Assembly (NCBI GenBank): GCA_951406725.2
Contig: OX597827.1
Location: 36,208,001 to 36,272,000 of the forward strand
Origin: Octopus vulgaris
Taxonomy: Eukaryota
Length of the DNA: 64,000 bases
Direction: 5' to 3'
Shown: positions 1 to 13,200 of the stretch, in pieces
Layout: the number at the start of each line of letters is the position of its first letter
Numbering within the stretch: the first letter of the stretch is position 1
Notes under the pieces: model-generated
Database searches by the model: none
Seen by the model: the letters and a program-made list of their open reading frames with translations, nothing else
What the model was told of the DNA's origin: nothing
Program-made: the position numbers and the translations under genes

Positions 1-2777
1 TTACATTATTCAACATACTGAGTTCAATCCCACTAAGGGTGGCTGGCAACTTTTCTATCTGTCATCTTTGTAAGGTTGATAAAATATTTTGTAAAAAAAA
101 AAAAATGTGTGGCTTTGTGCCTATGTAAAAACTATCATTATTATTGTTATTGTTGTCGTTGTTGTTATCAATATTATTATTATTAAGGCAGAAAGCTGGT
201 AGAATTAAGGTGAAAAGCATGTCAGATAAAATGCTTAGCAGCATTTATTCTTGCTTTTTAAATTGTGAGTTCAAATACCACCAAGGTTGACTTTACTTTT
301 CATCCTTTCAGGGTTGATAAACAAGTACCACCTGTCAAGTACAGGGGTTAATGTAATCAATTAATGTCCCCACCCCAAATTATTATTATTATTATTGTTT
401 TATTTTACTCCTCAGAGCTCTCAATCTTACTCTAGTTAATTCTGTGAGAGTGAACAGCAACCTGTTGTCAAAAGCCTCTACTACTACCTGAGATGTACAC
501 AACCTTGTTGTGTTAGAAATGTATAGAATTGATGTTTTTTCTATGTAACATTTGTTTTTGTTTTTCAATGTTTTGTCTGTTTTTGTTGTGTAGATTATGT
601 GTTGTGTTATTTTGTTGAGGATGTGCTGTGAGTGTATTGTGCTGTGTATTATAGTGTTAGATGGTGATTCTATGGAGTATGTATTGTGTGGGTTATGTTT
701 TGTCTTATAATGCTGGGAGGTGATTGCACAGAGTATGTTCTGTGTGAGTTGGGTTATATTGTTGGATGGTGATTCTGTTGAGAATGTGGTTGTGCAAGTT
801 GTTATTTTATTAAGTTATGATGGTATAGAATATGCATTATGTTATTTATTATAATCTTGTATAAAATAAAATTGAACATTACCTGCTTACTGAAATGCTT
901 TTAATGTCCTATTCCCAAATTGTCTCTGATAACACCTAAACTATTTAAAAATTGTGTTGAAATTTTAAAATTATGGAGCAAGTGCCTAAGAAAGATTTTC
1001 TCTAGATGCCAAATACTTCAGGGATACCTCCTTTTATTCCTTTTTGTAATGTTATCACCGCAGTCTTGTTATATGGTATTGTTCATCTAAATTGCCTTAA
1101 CATTCTCCCACTCTCTCTGTTGCCTTATATCATGTTGTTAATCTATGTATAAATATTGATTTATATTTACTAAGTGTAAAAACATGCAGTTTTGTAAGAC
1201 GGTTACCAATATTTCTTTGTTTAATTCCACCTTCTTATTGGTATTCTTTATACTGATCTCAAAATCAAAACAAGGAAACAGAAATATTGGAATCCCAAAC
1301 TTGATGTTGTAAAGCAGTGCTTCTCAAACTTTTATAATTATTGCCCTTATGCTTTTACTAAAACTTTTTCAATGTTATTGTTGCTATTATTCAGCAAAAT
1401 TTAATACACCTCATATACTTATGCATATATATATGCTCATATATGTCAATACATTACCTAATTCTGCAGGTGCAGTTACTATCTTTATTGCATGTGTGGA
1501 AATGGCCCTCAGATTTTGACAAGATCTTTTGAACTATACTTTTGTTTATTGTTTATAACTTACATACACAAGTGGTACATACTCAGTTTTGTTTATTTAC
1601 ATACTCATTTTACAAAATTTTTTGTTATTGTTGCAGTTGTTATATTCATTGTTCTTGAGATTGTAGCTAACAAACAATTTGCCATAGCATTACATTAACA
1701 AAACTTTTAAGACAATATCTGAATAGAAGACAAAGACTTGGTAAAGAAGAGTGACACGTACCTGTTTCTCTTCACTACTGCTCTCTTTGTTCCAGTACCC
1801 AAATAAAATTTTCCACTGCCCCCACCCCCAGGGGATAATACTACAGGCCTTGAGAAGCACTGCTGTAAAGCATCTCCACTCTATTCAGTGTGGTTCTTTC
1901 TCTCACTGCCATTGGTACCAGCACACTATTTTATCATGTTATTTGTGTTTCGGTTACAGATTGTAAAAGTCCAAGCTAACTAATAATAGTTAGTGTATAC
2001 CGCATTGAGAAAAACTTCATCATAAAATTTACATTTTTTTCTTCTCCAAGTACCCAACTATATGTATTTGGTAATGAATCTGCTGCTGCTACTGTTGCTT
2101 GTATACATTTATGAAACTGTTTCAGAGTTTGTTTTTTTAATTCTATTTTGTCTTTTATTGTTATTGTTTTTAAACTTGACTGTTCAAACAATCTTACAGA
2201 TATATGCCATACACCTGTTGTTTGACTTAGCTAACAACTAAATACTCAACATATATATTTCAAGTTGTATATCTGTTATTAAGCAATTACATAAAAATGG
2301 ATAAATTTTCAAATAGTAAATTAAGCGTAATTTCATTTTTTTTTATTTATTGTTTTTAATAACTTTCTTTGAAATTTCAGATTACAAAACTTGTTTTTTT
2401 TCTAAGGTTAGCATAATTAATATTTAATTTGAACTGTGACTGGAAAAATAATATGGATTGATGAGAAGTTCCAAAGGGATACTAATATGGTTCAAAATGA
2501 TTGTGTATAGACATTGGACACATTTTTTGTTCTACTAGTGGTGGTGGTGGTGTAGTGATAAGGTGATTGTAGGGTTTTAAATCGCATTATGGATAGGTAG
2601 GTATAGAGGTGGAGGGCATCAAGTGTCATATCAGAAGTCACTAGAGTTTTAGTAGAAGAGACATAAATAAAATGTATGGCTTGACAGGGAAATGCATACA
2701 TATATACATCCATACATACACATACATGCAAATATATTCATATATACATATGTATGCATACACAAATATATATATAT

Positions 2778-2808
<31 letters not shown>

Positions 2809-5800
2809 ATTAACCCAGTAAATTTTCAAAATCCTCAGAGTTGGACAAAACGCCTTATATTTCTTCCAGTTTTTTATGTTCAAGAGTTCAAATCTCATCA
2901 AACTACCAGTTTGGAATGGTGAATTGGTAACATTGTTAGAGTGTCGGACAAAATGATATGCGATATTTATTCTAGCTGTTTACAATTTTAAGTTCAAATC
3001 CCACTGAAGTCAGATTTGTTTTTGGTCATTTCTGGGGCCAGTGAAAAGTGCCAGTCAAAATACTGGGGTGCGGTACTCCCTGCCTTCATCTGTCATGCTT
3101 TGGAATTACTAGTGACTTTAGGGATGCAAAGATCAAGAGATGTATTTGTCTACTTGTGAGTTTATTGGTACCTAAACCATATGAGGAACAACTCTAAACA
3201 TATATTGAAAACATGACTTTCTTTTTTTTTTTAATCTTCTTTACTAGAGGTTTTTTTTTATTTTAATATTTTTATGAGTTCTTTATATTTTGTTTGGAAC
3301 ACTTCCCAGGTCTGCTATGATGGATATTGGGTCTTGGATACAACACAACTGAATTTTCAATACAACGCATACTCACACACATACACATTATTCTTTAACA
3401 AGAATATTGTTGACAGGGAGTTTGAAGGTTTGGACTGCTTAGCCTTCATTGGACTTCAAAGTCACTGTCCATGTTATTATTGTTAAAGAATAATAAATGT
3501 GCATTCTACAAAAAGTATTGAGTAATCCTTCATTTTAATGTAAAATCGTTATTATTATAACTCAACATAACAACAAACATTCAATTACCTATTCACACCT
3601 GACAGATGCCCAAATGCAAACCTGGAAGTACATATAATACTACTACTGGATAGTACAGGCTAAATCTGAAGGTGGACGAGCTTTATACTGTACTCTACTA
3701 TGTTCTTAACAGAATATATCACACACACACATCATAAAAGATGTTCCTATTAGTAAAATAACATATAAAAAGCTTAATATCCAATTTTTTTGTAGCCCCA
3801 GCCCTAAAAAAAAAACAAGACATTAAGTATAAGTGATTTTTTCTATGCATTGCTTGTGAATATGTATGTTTGCTGGTGCACACATATATGTTGTTTATAA
3901 ATGTTTATATACATAAATCAACCATTTTAAGTTATTGCCATAGGTTTTTGCATCAGGTAAATTTTTATTATTTATTTGCAATATATACACATATATATTT
4001 TTTCTTTTATGTAATCTTAAAAGACAAAACGATTTTGAATGAAGAATTTACTATTCATGCCTATATCTTTTGAAACAAATAGTTTGTTAGTAGCTGTTAT
4101 TCCATGAAAATCATGAATAAAGAAAAAAAGTTTAAAATCTAAAAACAAAAAAGGTGTGTTCATTACTTTTGATTAAATGTCTGAAATGAGATATTAATAA
4201 AATCAACATTTTCAGCTAATTAACTCCATTGTTAAAGATGAAGTAAATAGTTTGAGATTCTCTGATCTTAGGTGCAGACATTGCTGTGTGGTTAAGAAGC
4301 TAGCTTTGCAACCACATGATTTTGGGTTCAGTCCTACTGTGTGGCATCTTGGGCTAGTGTCTTCTGCATAGCCCCAGGCTGACCAATACCTTGTAAGTGA
4401 ATTTGGTAGCTAGAAACTGAATGAAAGTCTATTGTATATATCTTTTATCTTTTACTTGTTTCAGTCATTAAACTGTGGTCATGCTGGGGCACCATCTAGA
4501 AGGGGTTAGTTGAACAAGCCAATCCCAGTACTTATTTCTGATTTTATCAGCCTCTTTTGCTGAACTGCTTAGTTACAGGGACATAAACAAACCACCACCA
4601 GTTAACAAGCATTGGTTGGGGACAAACACACACACACACAAAACGGGCATTTTCCAGTTTCTGTCTACCAAATCCACTCACATGACTTTGGTCAGCCCAG
4701 AGCTGTAGTAGGAAGCACTTTCTCAAGGTGTCATCCAGTAGGACTGAACCCAGGACCATGTAGTTAGAAAGTGAACTTCTTAGTACATAGCCAGGCCTGT
4801 GCCTATATGTATGTGTCCCCGTGTTTTTGTGTTTGTCTTCTCTATGACCAAGGCCTTGTGATTGAATTTGGTAAGTAGAAGTTATCATCATGCATGTAAG
4901 TGCTTGTTCCTCCTAACAGAGAGGGAAACTGCTTGACAACTGATGCTGATTTGTTTACATCCCTGTTACTTAGTTGTTTGGCAAAAGAGACCAACAGAAT
5001 AAATACTAGACTTTAAGAAAAAAAGTACTTGGGTCAATTTCTTTGATTAAATCCTTCAAGACAGCACCACCACCCCCAATATTGGCCACAATCCAATAAC
5101 TGAAACAAATATAAGATAAAAGTTACTAATGCTGTTTATTTTTGAATGAATAGCCAATGTTTTTAAGAAATTTGCTTTGCAATTAGGAGGTCTTAGATCT
5201 GATATTACTGCTTGGTACCATAACCTTAGTTTGACCAGAGCCTTGGGAGTCAAACTGGGTAGATGGAAGCTGTGTTGAAGCTCAATGGTTGGACTGTACT
5301 TATAATTCAAAGAGTCAGCCTTGTATACAATGTGCCATGCAAATTCTGCTTGAGAATTACATTAAAGATACTTGTGTCTGAGGAATACTCTGCCACTTTG
5401 ACATTAGTTCAAGGAATAGATAGCTCAGTTGATCAAATAACTAATTAATCATTGCTGACGCTGATTACAATTTATTTCTTTGCTGTAATAAAGGTTAAAA
5501 AGAATAATGCCCTTTCTCAAGTTATATAGACTCATAGGGCAGGTTTCCTGATTTCTGTGGTGTATATATGCCCCATCCCTCACTGGATGGGAATACTCAC
5601 TTTTACTGACTGAGTAGACTGGAGCAACGGGAAATGAAGAGCTTTGCTCAGGAACACAACACATCACCAAGTTCAGGAATCAAAACCACAATCTTACAAT
5701 CATGAGTCCAACACCCTACTCATAAGCCACAAATTTCCTTTGATGTAATGTTAGAAACAAATTAAATTGTGGGTGTGTTAGTGTTGGAATTTTTCAGTTA

Positions 5801-6624
5801 TAATGTCAAATTCTGTATCTAACATCTATCCAATGTCAGTACAGAGATTCAGGTACATAGGTTGTATTTGAGCACTCTACTATAAAACTGTAAATTTTTT
5901 CCTAATTTCAGATCAAGCTTATGTAAAATAAATTCTTTTATTCTTTTAAGTTATTAGACTCAAGACATGCAGGAACACAACATTGAAGAGTTTAGTCAAA
6001 GGAATCAACTTAAGGACTGATTTTTAAGTCTGGTACTTATTGTAGTAGACATTTTTAGCCAAACTGCTAAGTTATGGAATGTAAACAATCCAACAGGAAC
6101 CAGTAAGAGTAGAAATACTGAAGGATTGGCTATATGACACTTTTCAGGTTCCAACACTGTTACAAGAAGTACAAGGAAAAGGAAGAACACTGAATTCCTT
6201 AAAGTTGACCCTAAGAAGAAAAAATATTGAGTATATAAAATAAAAGAGGATGTAGGGCAAATAAAAGAAATTGATTGTTAAATAAAATAATTAAAAGAGG
6301 AGATGTATAGTGAAACTGTATAACTCTCCCGGTAATAAGTGGTAGGAACCAGCCATTATAAATAGACCAGTAGCTGATTGTCAAGAGAGGGTCATGAGTC
6401 AAAGAGTTGAGAGTCAACAGTTCTAGTTGGTATCTTGTGGAGCTGTCAGTGATAGTAAGACAGAAGTTAGTGTATTACTATTCTGGTATGAAGAGATACA
6501 ACAGTATCCAATGACTAGTAACTATTATGGCTACTAGCATAAAACAGCAACTATATTACAATGGCAGTCACATGCCACACCAGTGAACCCACTTTACAAC
6601 AGTTTCTATAAATAGAGTTTTTAC

Positions 6625-7130
6625 TCATTTAATTTTGGAGTAAATATTTTGATAAATAAAATGTCTCTCTATTTCCTTCAAGTAATTTGAATCATATCTT
6701 GTGCTCTCATGGAATTTGATCTTTCTGCAGATTTCTAGAGGTTTGCTTAATGGGATCCTCTCTGACTCTGCATGTTTAATCTACAGTCTATATACTCTTA
6801 CGTGTTCAGTAATGGAGTTTCCAATCTGACTGATGTATTTTTCTTTGCAGGTGGAGAAGTTTATGCAATATGATAGATTTCTTGTTTTTTGTAGTTCATG
6901 TTTGCATTTATTTGGAAAGGTAATTTGCTTTTAAATATTTTATTGGATCCAGTTTCCAAATATTTGAAATCATTACTGAATATTTCACATTAGCTGTTTC
7001 CACAGAAAGCTTTAACAGAAAGTTCAGAGTTATCTTCTGATGTGGATTCTGCCCATGTGAAGTGTTTTTCCTCAGATATTGTGGTTGATATTTGCTGTTC
7101 ATTATACAATGGAGTTATATATTTTTAGGT
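6625..7130 (-). mobile_element. Penelope-like element remnant (GIY-YIG endonuclease)
   Basis: Manual reverse translation gives RNLSYCINFSTCKEKYISQIGNSITEHVRVYRL*IKH..IPLSKPLEIC...FTPKLN, fitting the NLIYCIxC..C...YIGQTG..R..H pattern. Confidence 0.6.
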
Positions 7131-7780
7131 GGAAGTGTAAAAATGACAGGTCACTACAACTGGTTTCTGTCATGATTTTAATGGATGGATGAAGGGTTTT
7201 CAGAATGATATAAAATGTTTGTAGTTCATACCAATCCTACATGGACACACACAGACAGATAGACACACACACACACAATACACACACACAATATTTCACA
7301 ACTTTTAAAAGTTCCTGTAGGAATGGAAGTGCTAATAAGAGAATGATAAATTATAATGAAAACTATTTGTACAGCACCACAGACATTTTTACACACACAC
7401 ACACATCAGCCATTTGGTTAAGATCAAAGTGTAGTATATATATATATATATATATATATATACGCACACACACACACACATATACATATATAACAGATCA
7501 GGATTCAAGTGACTCAAGCACTTAAATGGTAAGGCAGCAGGTTGGATTGAAAAGTAAAATGTGTATACAGCAAAAATAAAAATAGAGGAATACATACATG
7601 GGTACCGAAGTACAGGCAGAAAAATATTCTGGTTATGTATACAATTAACTGTACCTTGAGTGAGTATATCAATAGCCCCGAGGCTAATCAAGAAGCACAC
7701 ATTATACTAAATGCATGGACCATAATATACACCAGATCTATGCAGGTTCCAAGAGAGGTGAATAATAAATAGATAAGAAA

Positions 7781-7831
<51 letters not shown>

Positions 7832-7832
7832 A

Positions 7833-7881
<49 letters not shown>

Positions 7882-7900
7882 GTATGTATATGTGTGTGTG

Positions 7901-7941
<41 letters not shown>

Positions 7942-7962
7942 TGTATGCATATATGTATGTAT

Positions 7963-7995
<33 letters not shown>
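7781..7995. repeat. Compound (TG)n/(TA)n/(CA)n microsatellite
   Basis: Directly visible; source of several spurious YI/CV-rich ORFs. Confidence 0.95.
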
Positions 7996-8529
7996 ACAGG
8001 CTTCTGCACAGTTTCTGTCTACTAAATTCACTGACATTTGGTCAGTCCAGGGTTTATAATAGGAGGCATTTGCCCGAAGGTACCTTGCAGTAGGACTGAA
8101 TCTGAATCATTTGGTTGTGAAGTGAACTCCCTAATCATGCAGCCATGCTTGCACATGTAGAAAGAATAAATCTTGAATATACTTGCATGCAGAAAATTAA
8201 CATCATTACCATTTTACATGCACTTTCTATGCTGGTTTGGACTGGACATACCATCATGATTAGTGACAATTCTTATCCAGAGTTACTGCCCTTTTTAGCC
8301 AGAGTAGAGGACTATGTCTTATTTGGATTTCCCATTTTAAAATGGTTTCTATATCTGAAAGCTCTTTTTAAATATCATTATCTCACAATAACTAGATGAA
8401 ATAAATGTTTTGATTAGATGAATCAAGATCTAACTAGTAAGTCTCTTGTGTATCTACTTACCACTCTCTCCCTCTCTTTCTTCACCCTCCTCCATCTCTC
8501 TTTGTTAGACACATACACACATATATACA

Positions 8530-8980
8530 TTCATGGTGATTACTTCATCTTCACAGATGATTGTCATCTCTGAACTTCCACATTACCAATGGCATTTCTG
8601 ACATTCCATCCATGACCACTCAGGTGACTTCCACCTGTCTAACACTTGTGGACATGTTTACAAAGTCAGAAAACAGCACAGCTCCCATGACTTTCGAAAA
8701 CATTTTTTCATGCTCAGAGTTGCTGAAGTACGGAACAAACTGCTGGTATCAGTTGTTAGTTGTTGGAGCACTGCATCCTTCAAAACTTCCATGCTTCCTG
8801 AGATTTGCCAACACTACACCTGATTTTCTCCCCTCCATACACACGCAAGCATGTATCTGACTCATACACTGTTCACTTTCTAGACATTTGCACATTACTG
8901 CATATGCTTTATATGCACTTTTGACAAGTTGTGGTGCACCTCAGCACTGTATACAATAATTTTATTATTATTTTATTATT
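8530..8980 (+). mobile_element. CR1-type LINE 3' fragment with (TTA)n tail
   Basis: GHVYKVRKQHSSHDFRKHFFMLRVAEVRNKL..VVSC.STASFK is a CR1 ORF2 C-terminal motif. A second copy lies at 49100-49377. Confidence 0.75.
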
Positions 8981-9349
8981 CTGCTACAGGTCTATATTAG
9001 ATGAAACATATAGGTAAAAGATGTTTTTCTACTGGACTGATCTGGTCACTTTGTGGGATATGATCTCTGTGAATTGCCATATATCTTTACAGACCTAAAA
9101 TCATCTTGCAAACTTTTTCACATATTTCACATGTTGAATCACCTGGTCTAGAATGAAGGGCATTGTGTACAGTTGATCTTTCATGGAAATTCATGTGCTT
9201 GACATACCCAACCATAGAAAGAAGTATATATACACAGCTGCTGCTGTTACTACCATCAGGGTTTTAGTATGTAACAGAGAAGGTGTCTTCAGTAAAATGG
9301 CCTTAACTGAACTGCAGAAAAGGCGTAAGTATAAACTCCATACATTGTG

Positions 9350-9985
9350 CCCAATGTAAGCTATAGAGCAGGAGAATGACAGTAAATGTAAGCTTTGTAT
9401 ATGCTAGATGCACTGGAGCAGAACATACTATAGGTACACCAGAAGCAATTTCTCTTAAAAGCTGGATGGCTCACTAGAAGTTGGTAGCTTTTACTAGATG
9501 TAATTAGCAAGATGTAATTTGCAAGGTTGCTTTGAAAGTATAGTGGTCAGAATAAGAGCAGGCCTGAGGAAGTTTAGGGAACTACTATTGCTGCCATCAA
9601 CAAATGTTTCAGAGTGAAGGGAAGATTGTATGACACTTGTTAGAACTGCAATGCTGCATGTTCATGAGACATGGACCTTGAATACAGAGTATTTGAGAAC
9701 ACTGGAAAAAAAAAGAATGAAGCAGGCATGCTCTGTTGGATGTGCAGTATAAGTGTATATGAAAGCCATAGTATAGATCTGCTGAGAGATTAAATGAGCA
9801 TAAGAGAAATCAGATGTAGTGTGCAAGAAAGTGATACATATGGATGAAGACAACTGTAGAAAGAAGTGAGCAACCTAGGAAGATATGAGATGAAGTGGTG
9901 AAGGCTAATCTCAGAACCTCATGTAGGAGATGACATAGACCAACCAGGATGACTGGCAATATGCAATTTTCAAGAAAACCTGCCT
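9350..9985 (+). mobile_element. Decayed RTE-type LINE 3' fragment
   Basis: RVKGRLYDTC..TAMLHVHETW-like segment; similar to 20440-20970 and 57300-57890. Confidence 0.55.
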
Positions 9986-10920
9986 TGACAATATTGAGTT
10001 CTGGTAGTGCTTTATGTATATTTATACACAGCTAGGCTCTTTGTCCAATTCATTTCCTCCTCAAGTCAATACATGAACCATCATCCTTCTAACTGCAGCT
10101 CTTTGTTGATACCACTTACTTTTCTTACTACTCAGAATTGTTTCACTTGTTATCCATCCTTCATCTATCAATACTTTTCTCTCCACCTACATTTTCATTG
10201 AACACCACTCCCACTGAGCCATCTAATTATCTTTCCTCCTCTACCACCATACATGTCTCAACTTCCTCATGCATTATGCCTTTCATTCTTTTCTGATCAA
10301 TAACATAACTAGCAGTTGAACACTGAAGTTGATTTAATCAACTTACCCTTTCCCCTAAAATTGCTGCCAAAAATATGAAACCATTATTATTATTTATTAT
10401 TGTGAAGATCACCCCTACCACCTTCTTTTAACAGGGAAGGGCAGACAATTTTTATATGTTTGGTGGCCATGGCCAAAGAAATTGTATATGAACAAGATTG
10501 AAGGGGCTGAAAACAAACTCTTTCCTCTTTGGCCAATCCCTCATAAACTTCTTAGTCATTTTGCTGAAAGGGGAATGAGAGTGATGGGAACAGTTCTAGT
10601 GATTGGGCCTGCCCTAAGTATATGGCTGTAAATTGGAGATAAAGAACTGAGAAAAGACACCTGCCCCAGAAGTTAGGGCACCTGTGGTTGTATGGGGATT
10701 TTCCATGAGCAATCTTGAACGTCTCCTCCCTATTGAGAATTACACAGTTTAAAAGAATTTTTTTTATGTTAAACCAGTTTACATGCAAAACCCTCACAGC
10801 AATATACACGCATGCACATACACACACACACATTCACTGTTTTGTCTTGTGCCACCTATAATGTTTTTCTTGGTGTAAGCCCTTTGTAGTCAGTAAAGAA
10901 ATCATTATTATTATTATTAT

Positions 10921-13200
10921 TCCTTCGTAACACAGTGTAGATAAAAATGCACCAGAGTTTTTAGTCATCTGTCAAGTCACAACAAGGACCTTAGACAGAT
11001 AATACTTTCCTTAAGATGTGGGCTGTGCCCAATAAGGCTGCTTTTTGCAAGACATCAATCTTGCATGGGATTTCCAGTTACCTTAAGAAGTCATGAAGTT
11101 TAAATGGGATTGAGCCCAACACTCCGATCACCACTGGTATCACTTTTACATTACCCTCTCACATTCCATACAGTCTTGCCATTTCCACTTGCAATTCAGA
11201 GTACTTGGTGATTTTTTCAACCTCTTTACTCACAACATTCATGTCATTTGGTATGGCTACATCAATGATCTGACAGTATTTGTCTCTCTTACTCAATATG
11301 ACAATATCCCACTGACGGTGTTCGATTACACGATCTGTCTGAAAATCATAGTACCAGAGTATTGTTACTTTTCCATCCTCCTGCATGACTTTATTTGGTA
11401 CATGCTCATACCAGTTCTCTGTTACTTCATATTGGTATTTATGGCATAAGAGCCCATGGAGATACACACACATTTTATTGTGGTGGTACTTGTATTCCTT
11501 TTGTGCAAGGCTTTCACATCCATTTACCAAGTGGATCAGATTGTCCACGGTCTTTCCACAGATTCTGCATTTCTGTGTGTCAGAAGTTTTATAGATGTTA
11601 TACTTCACTGACTTGGTAGCGAGAGCTTGGTTTTTTAGTCTTTTGGTGGTACACTTCAAATCACCTCGCTCAAGTCATGCCCACGATGCTGTATTATCCT
11701 TAACGTCTTGTGTATTCCTTTCAAACTGTCCATGCAGTCTCTTTTCAATCTCTTCTTTTCTCTTCTCCTCAGCTCTTTGGTTAAACTCCTCCTTGCCCAT
11801 CATTTCATCTGCATTTACACCCATATCTTTCAGGGTATATTGCAGCAGGTCTTCATCACTATTTGTCAAATACTCAGCAAGCGTTCTCCTTTCACTAATT
11901 ATACAATGGTCTATACTAGTTAGTCCTCTGTCACCATTCTTTCTTTTCATATGCAGTCTGTATACGTTTGCTTTAGGGTGTAGTGACCCATGCAGCAGCA
12001 TCAACTTTCTCGTCCTTCTATCCAGTGTTGATATTTCTTCCTTAGTCCATTTGAGGATGGACGCACTATATCTGACCACCGCAACTGTCCAGATATTCAT
12101 TGTGGTAATCAAATTTTTGGCATTCAGGGTGGATTTCAACACCATCTTCACCTTTTTTGATATGCCTCACTGACCTTGACTTTCATCAGACAATTTGTGA
12201 TGGTGACTTGCATTAGAAGATTTGTCATGTTGTCAGCAACACCAAACATCTGCAGGCATTCAACAATCCAAGAATGAGGCATCATATCATATGCCTTCTT
12301 AAAGTCAATCCAAGCCATAGACATGTTTGTATGATGTTTTTAAACAATGCCTCAAAACCGTTTTATCAATGACCAGGTGATCCTTGGTGTACTCTGAGAA
12401 CTGTTCCTACATCCCTTTTTGTTCCCTTGGTAGTATTTCTTCCTGTGCCAGGAAAGTGTATGTTTTTGCTGCACACATTTCAGTGAGTATCTTCCAGATT
12501 ATGTTTAGGCATGCTATGGGGACGGTAGTTTCCCACAATATTCCCCTTTCTTCTATCTTTCATTATAAGTGTTGTCCTCCCAGTCACCATCCACATGGGA
12601 ACTGTACCTTTCAGGACACACTCTTTCAATTGGGCTGCTAGTCTTTCATGCACCATGTGGCATCTCTTCAGCCAAAAGCCATGAATCCCATCTGGTCTGG
12701 GGGCTTTCTAGTTAGGCACTTTACCCACTTGTTCTTTCACATCACCTGTGCTTATGACAATATTCCTTTGTTTCTTTCCTCCTTGTAATTCTGTCTTGAT
12801 AGTTCCTATCCACATTGCATCCCTTTTATGCAACACATTGTTTCCCCATAATCTGCTCCAGAACTTCTTGGCTTGATTTGCATCAGGAGCAACATTTTCC
12901 CCAAAGTCTCCTTGTAACATTCAGAAGAATTGCTTTAGGTTATTTTTGAACAATCTATTCTCCTCAAACTGCTTATTTCTGTTCACAAATCTTCTGATCT
13001 TCTGGCTTTTTGCCATGATCCTCTGTTTTAACTGCTCTATTACTGCACCAAATCTATTCTTCCGTATTTTATATTTCTTCTCTAATTTTTCTTGGTTGGT
13101 CTTTTTCCCATTTTCCCAGTTTCCTCTTAACTATTGCTAAATTTTTTCTTGGTTTTGCCTTGCACACATTATGTCCCTTTCCACCATAATTCTTTTGCTC
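10921..13200 (-). mobile_element. Decayed R4/Dong-type non-LTR retrotransposon (RT fragments, CCHC finger, REL endonuclease)
   Basis: ORF pieces KCRICGKTVDNLIHLVNGC (CCHC), ILWYYDFQTDRVIEHRQWDIV..IIDVAIP..EKITKY (PD-(D/E)xK REL), and RT pieces LDRRTRKLM and MAWIDFKKAYDMMPHSWI. Frameshifts, stops and an internal deletion; (TTA)n at both ends. Confidence 0.88.

Noticed and set aside
478-530. Hammerhead-like ctgagatg-ACACAAC ctt GTTGTGT-tagaaatgta
   Set aside because: A stem is present, but the core is not CUGANGA and the spacing to GAAA is wrong.
1700-2300. Possible coding exons at the left end (ORFs 1751-1966 and 1976-2191)
   Set aside because: No recognisable homology or consistent splice chain could be built by eye.
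11595-12173. 192-aa + strand ORF
   Set aside because: Antisense shadow of the R4/Dong ORF.
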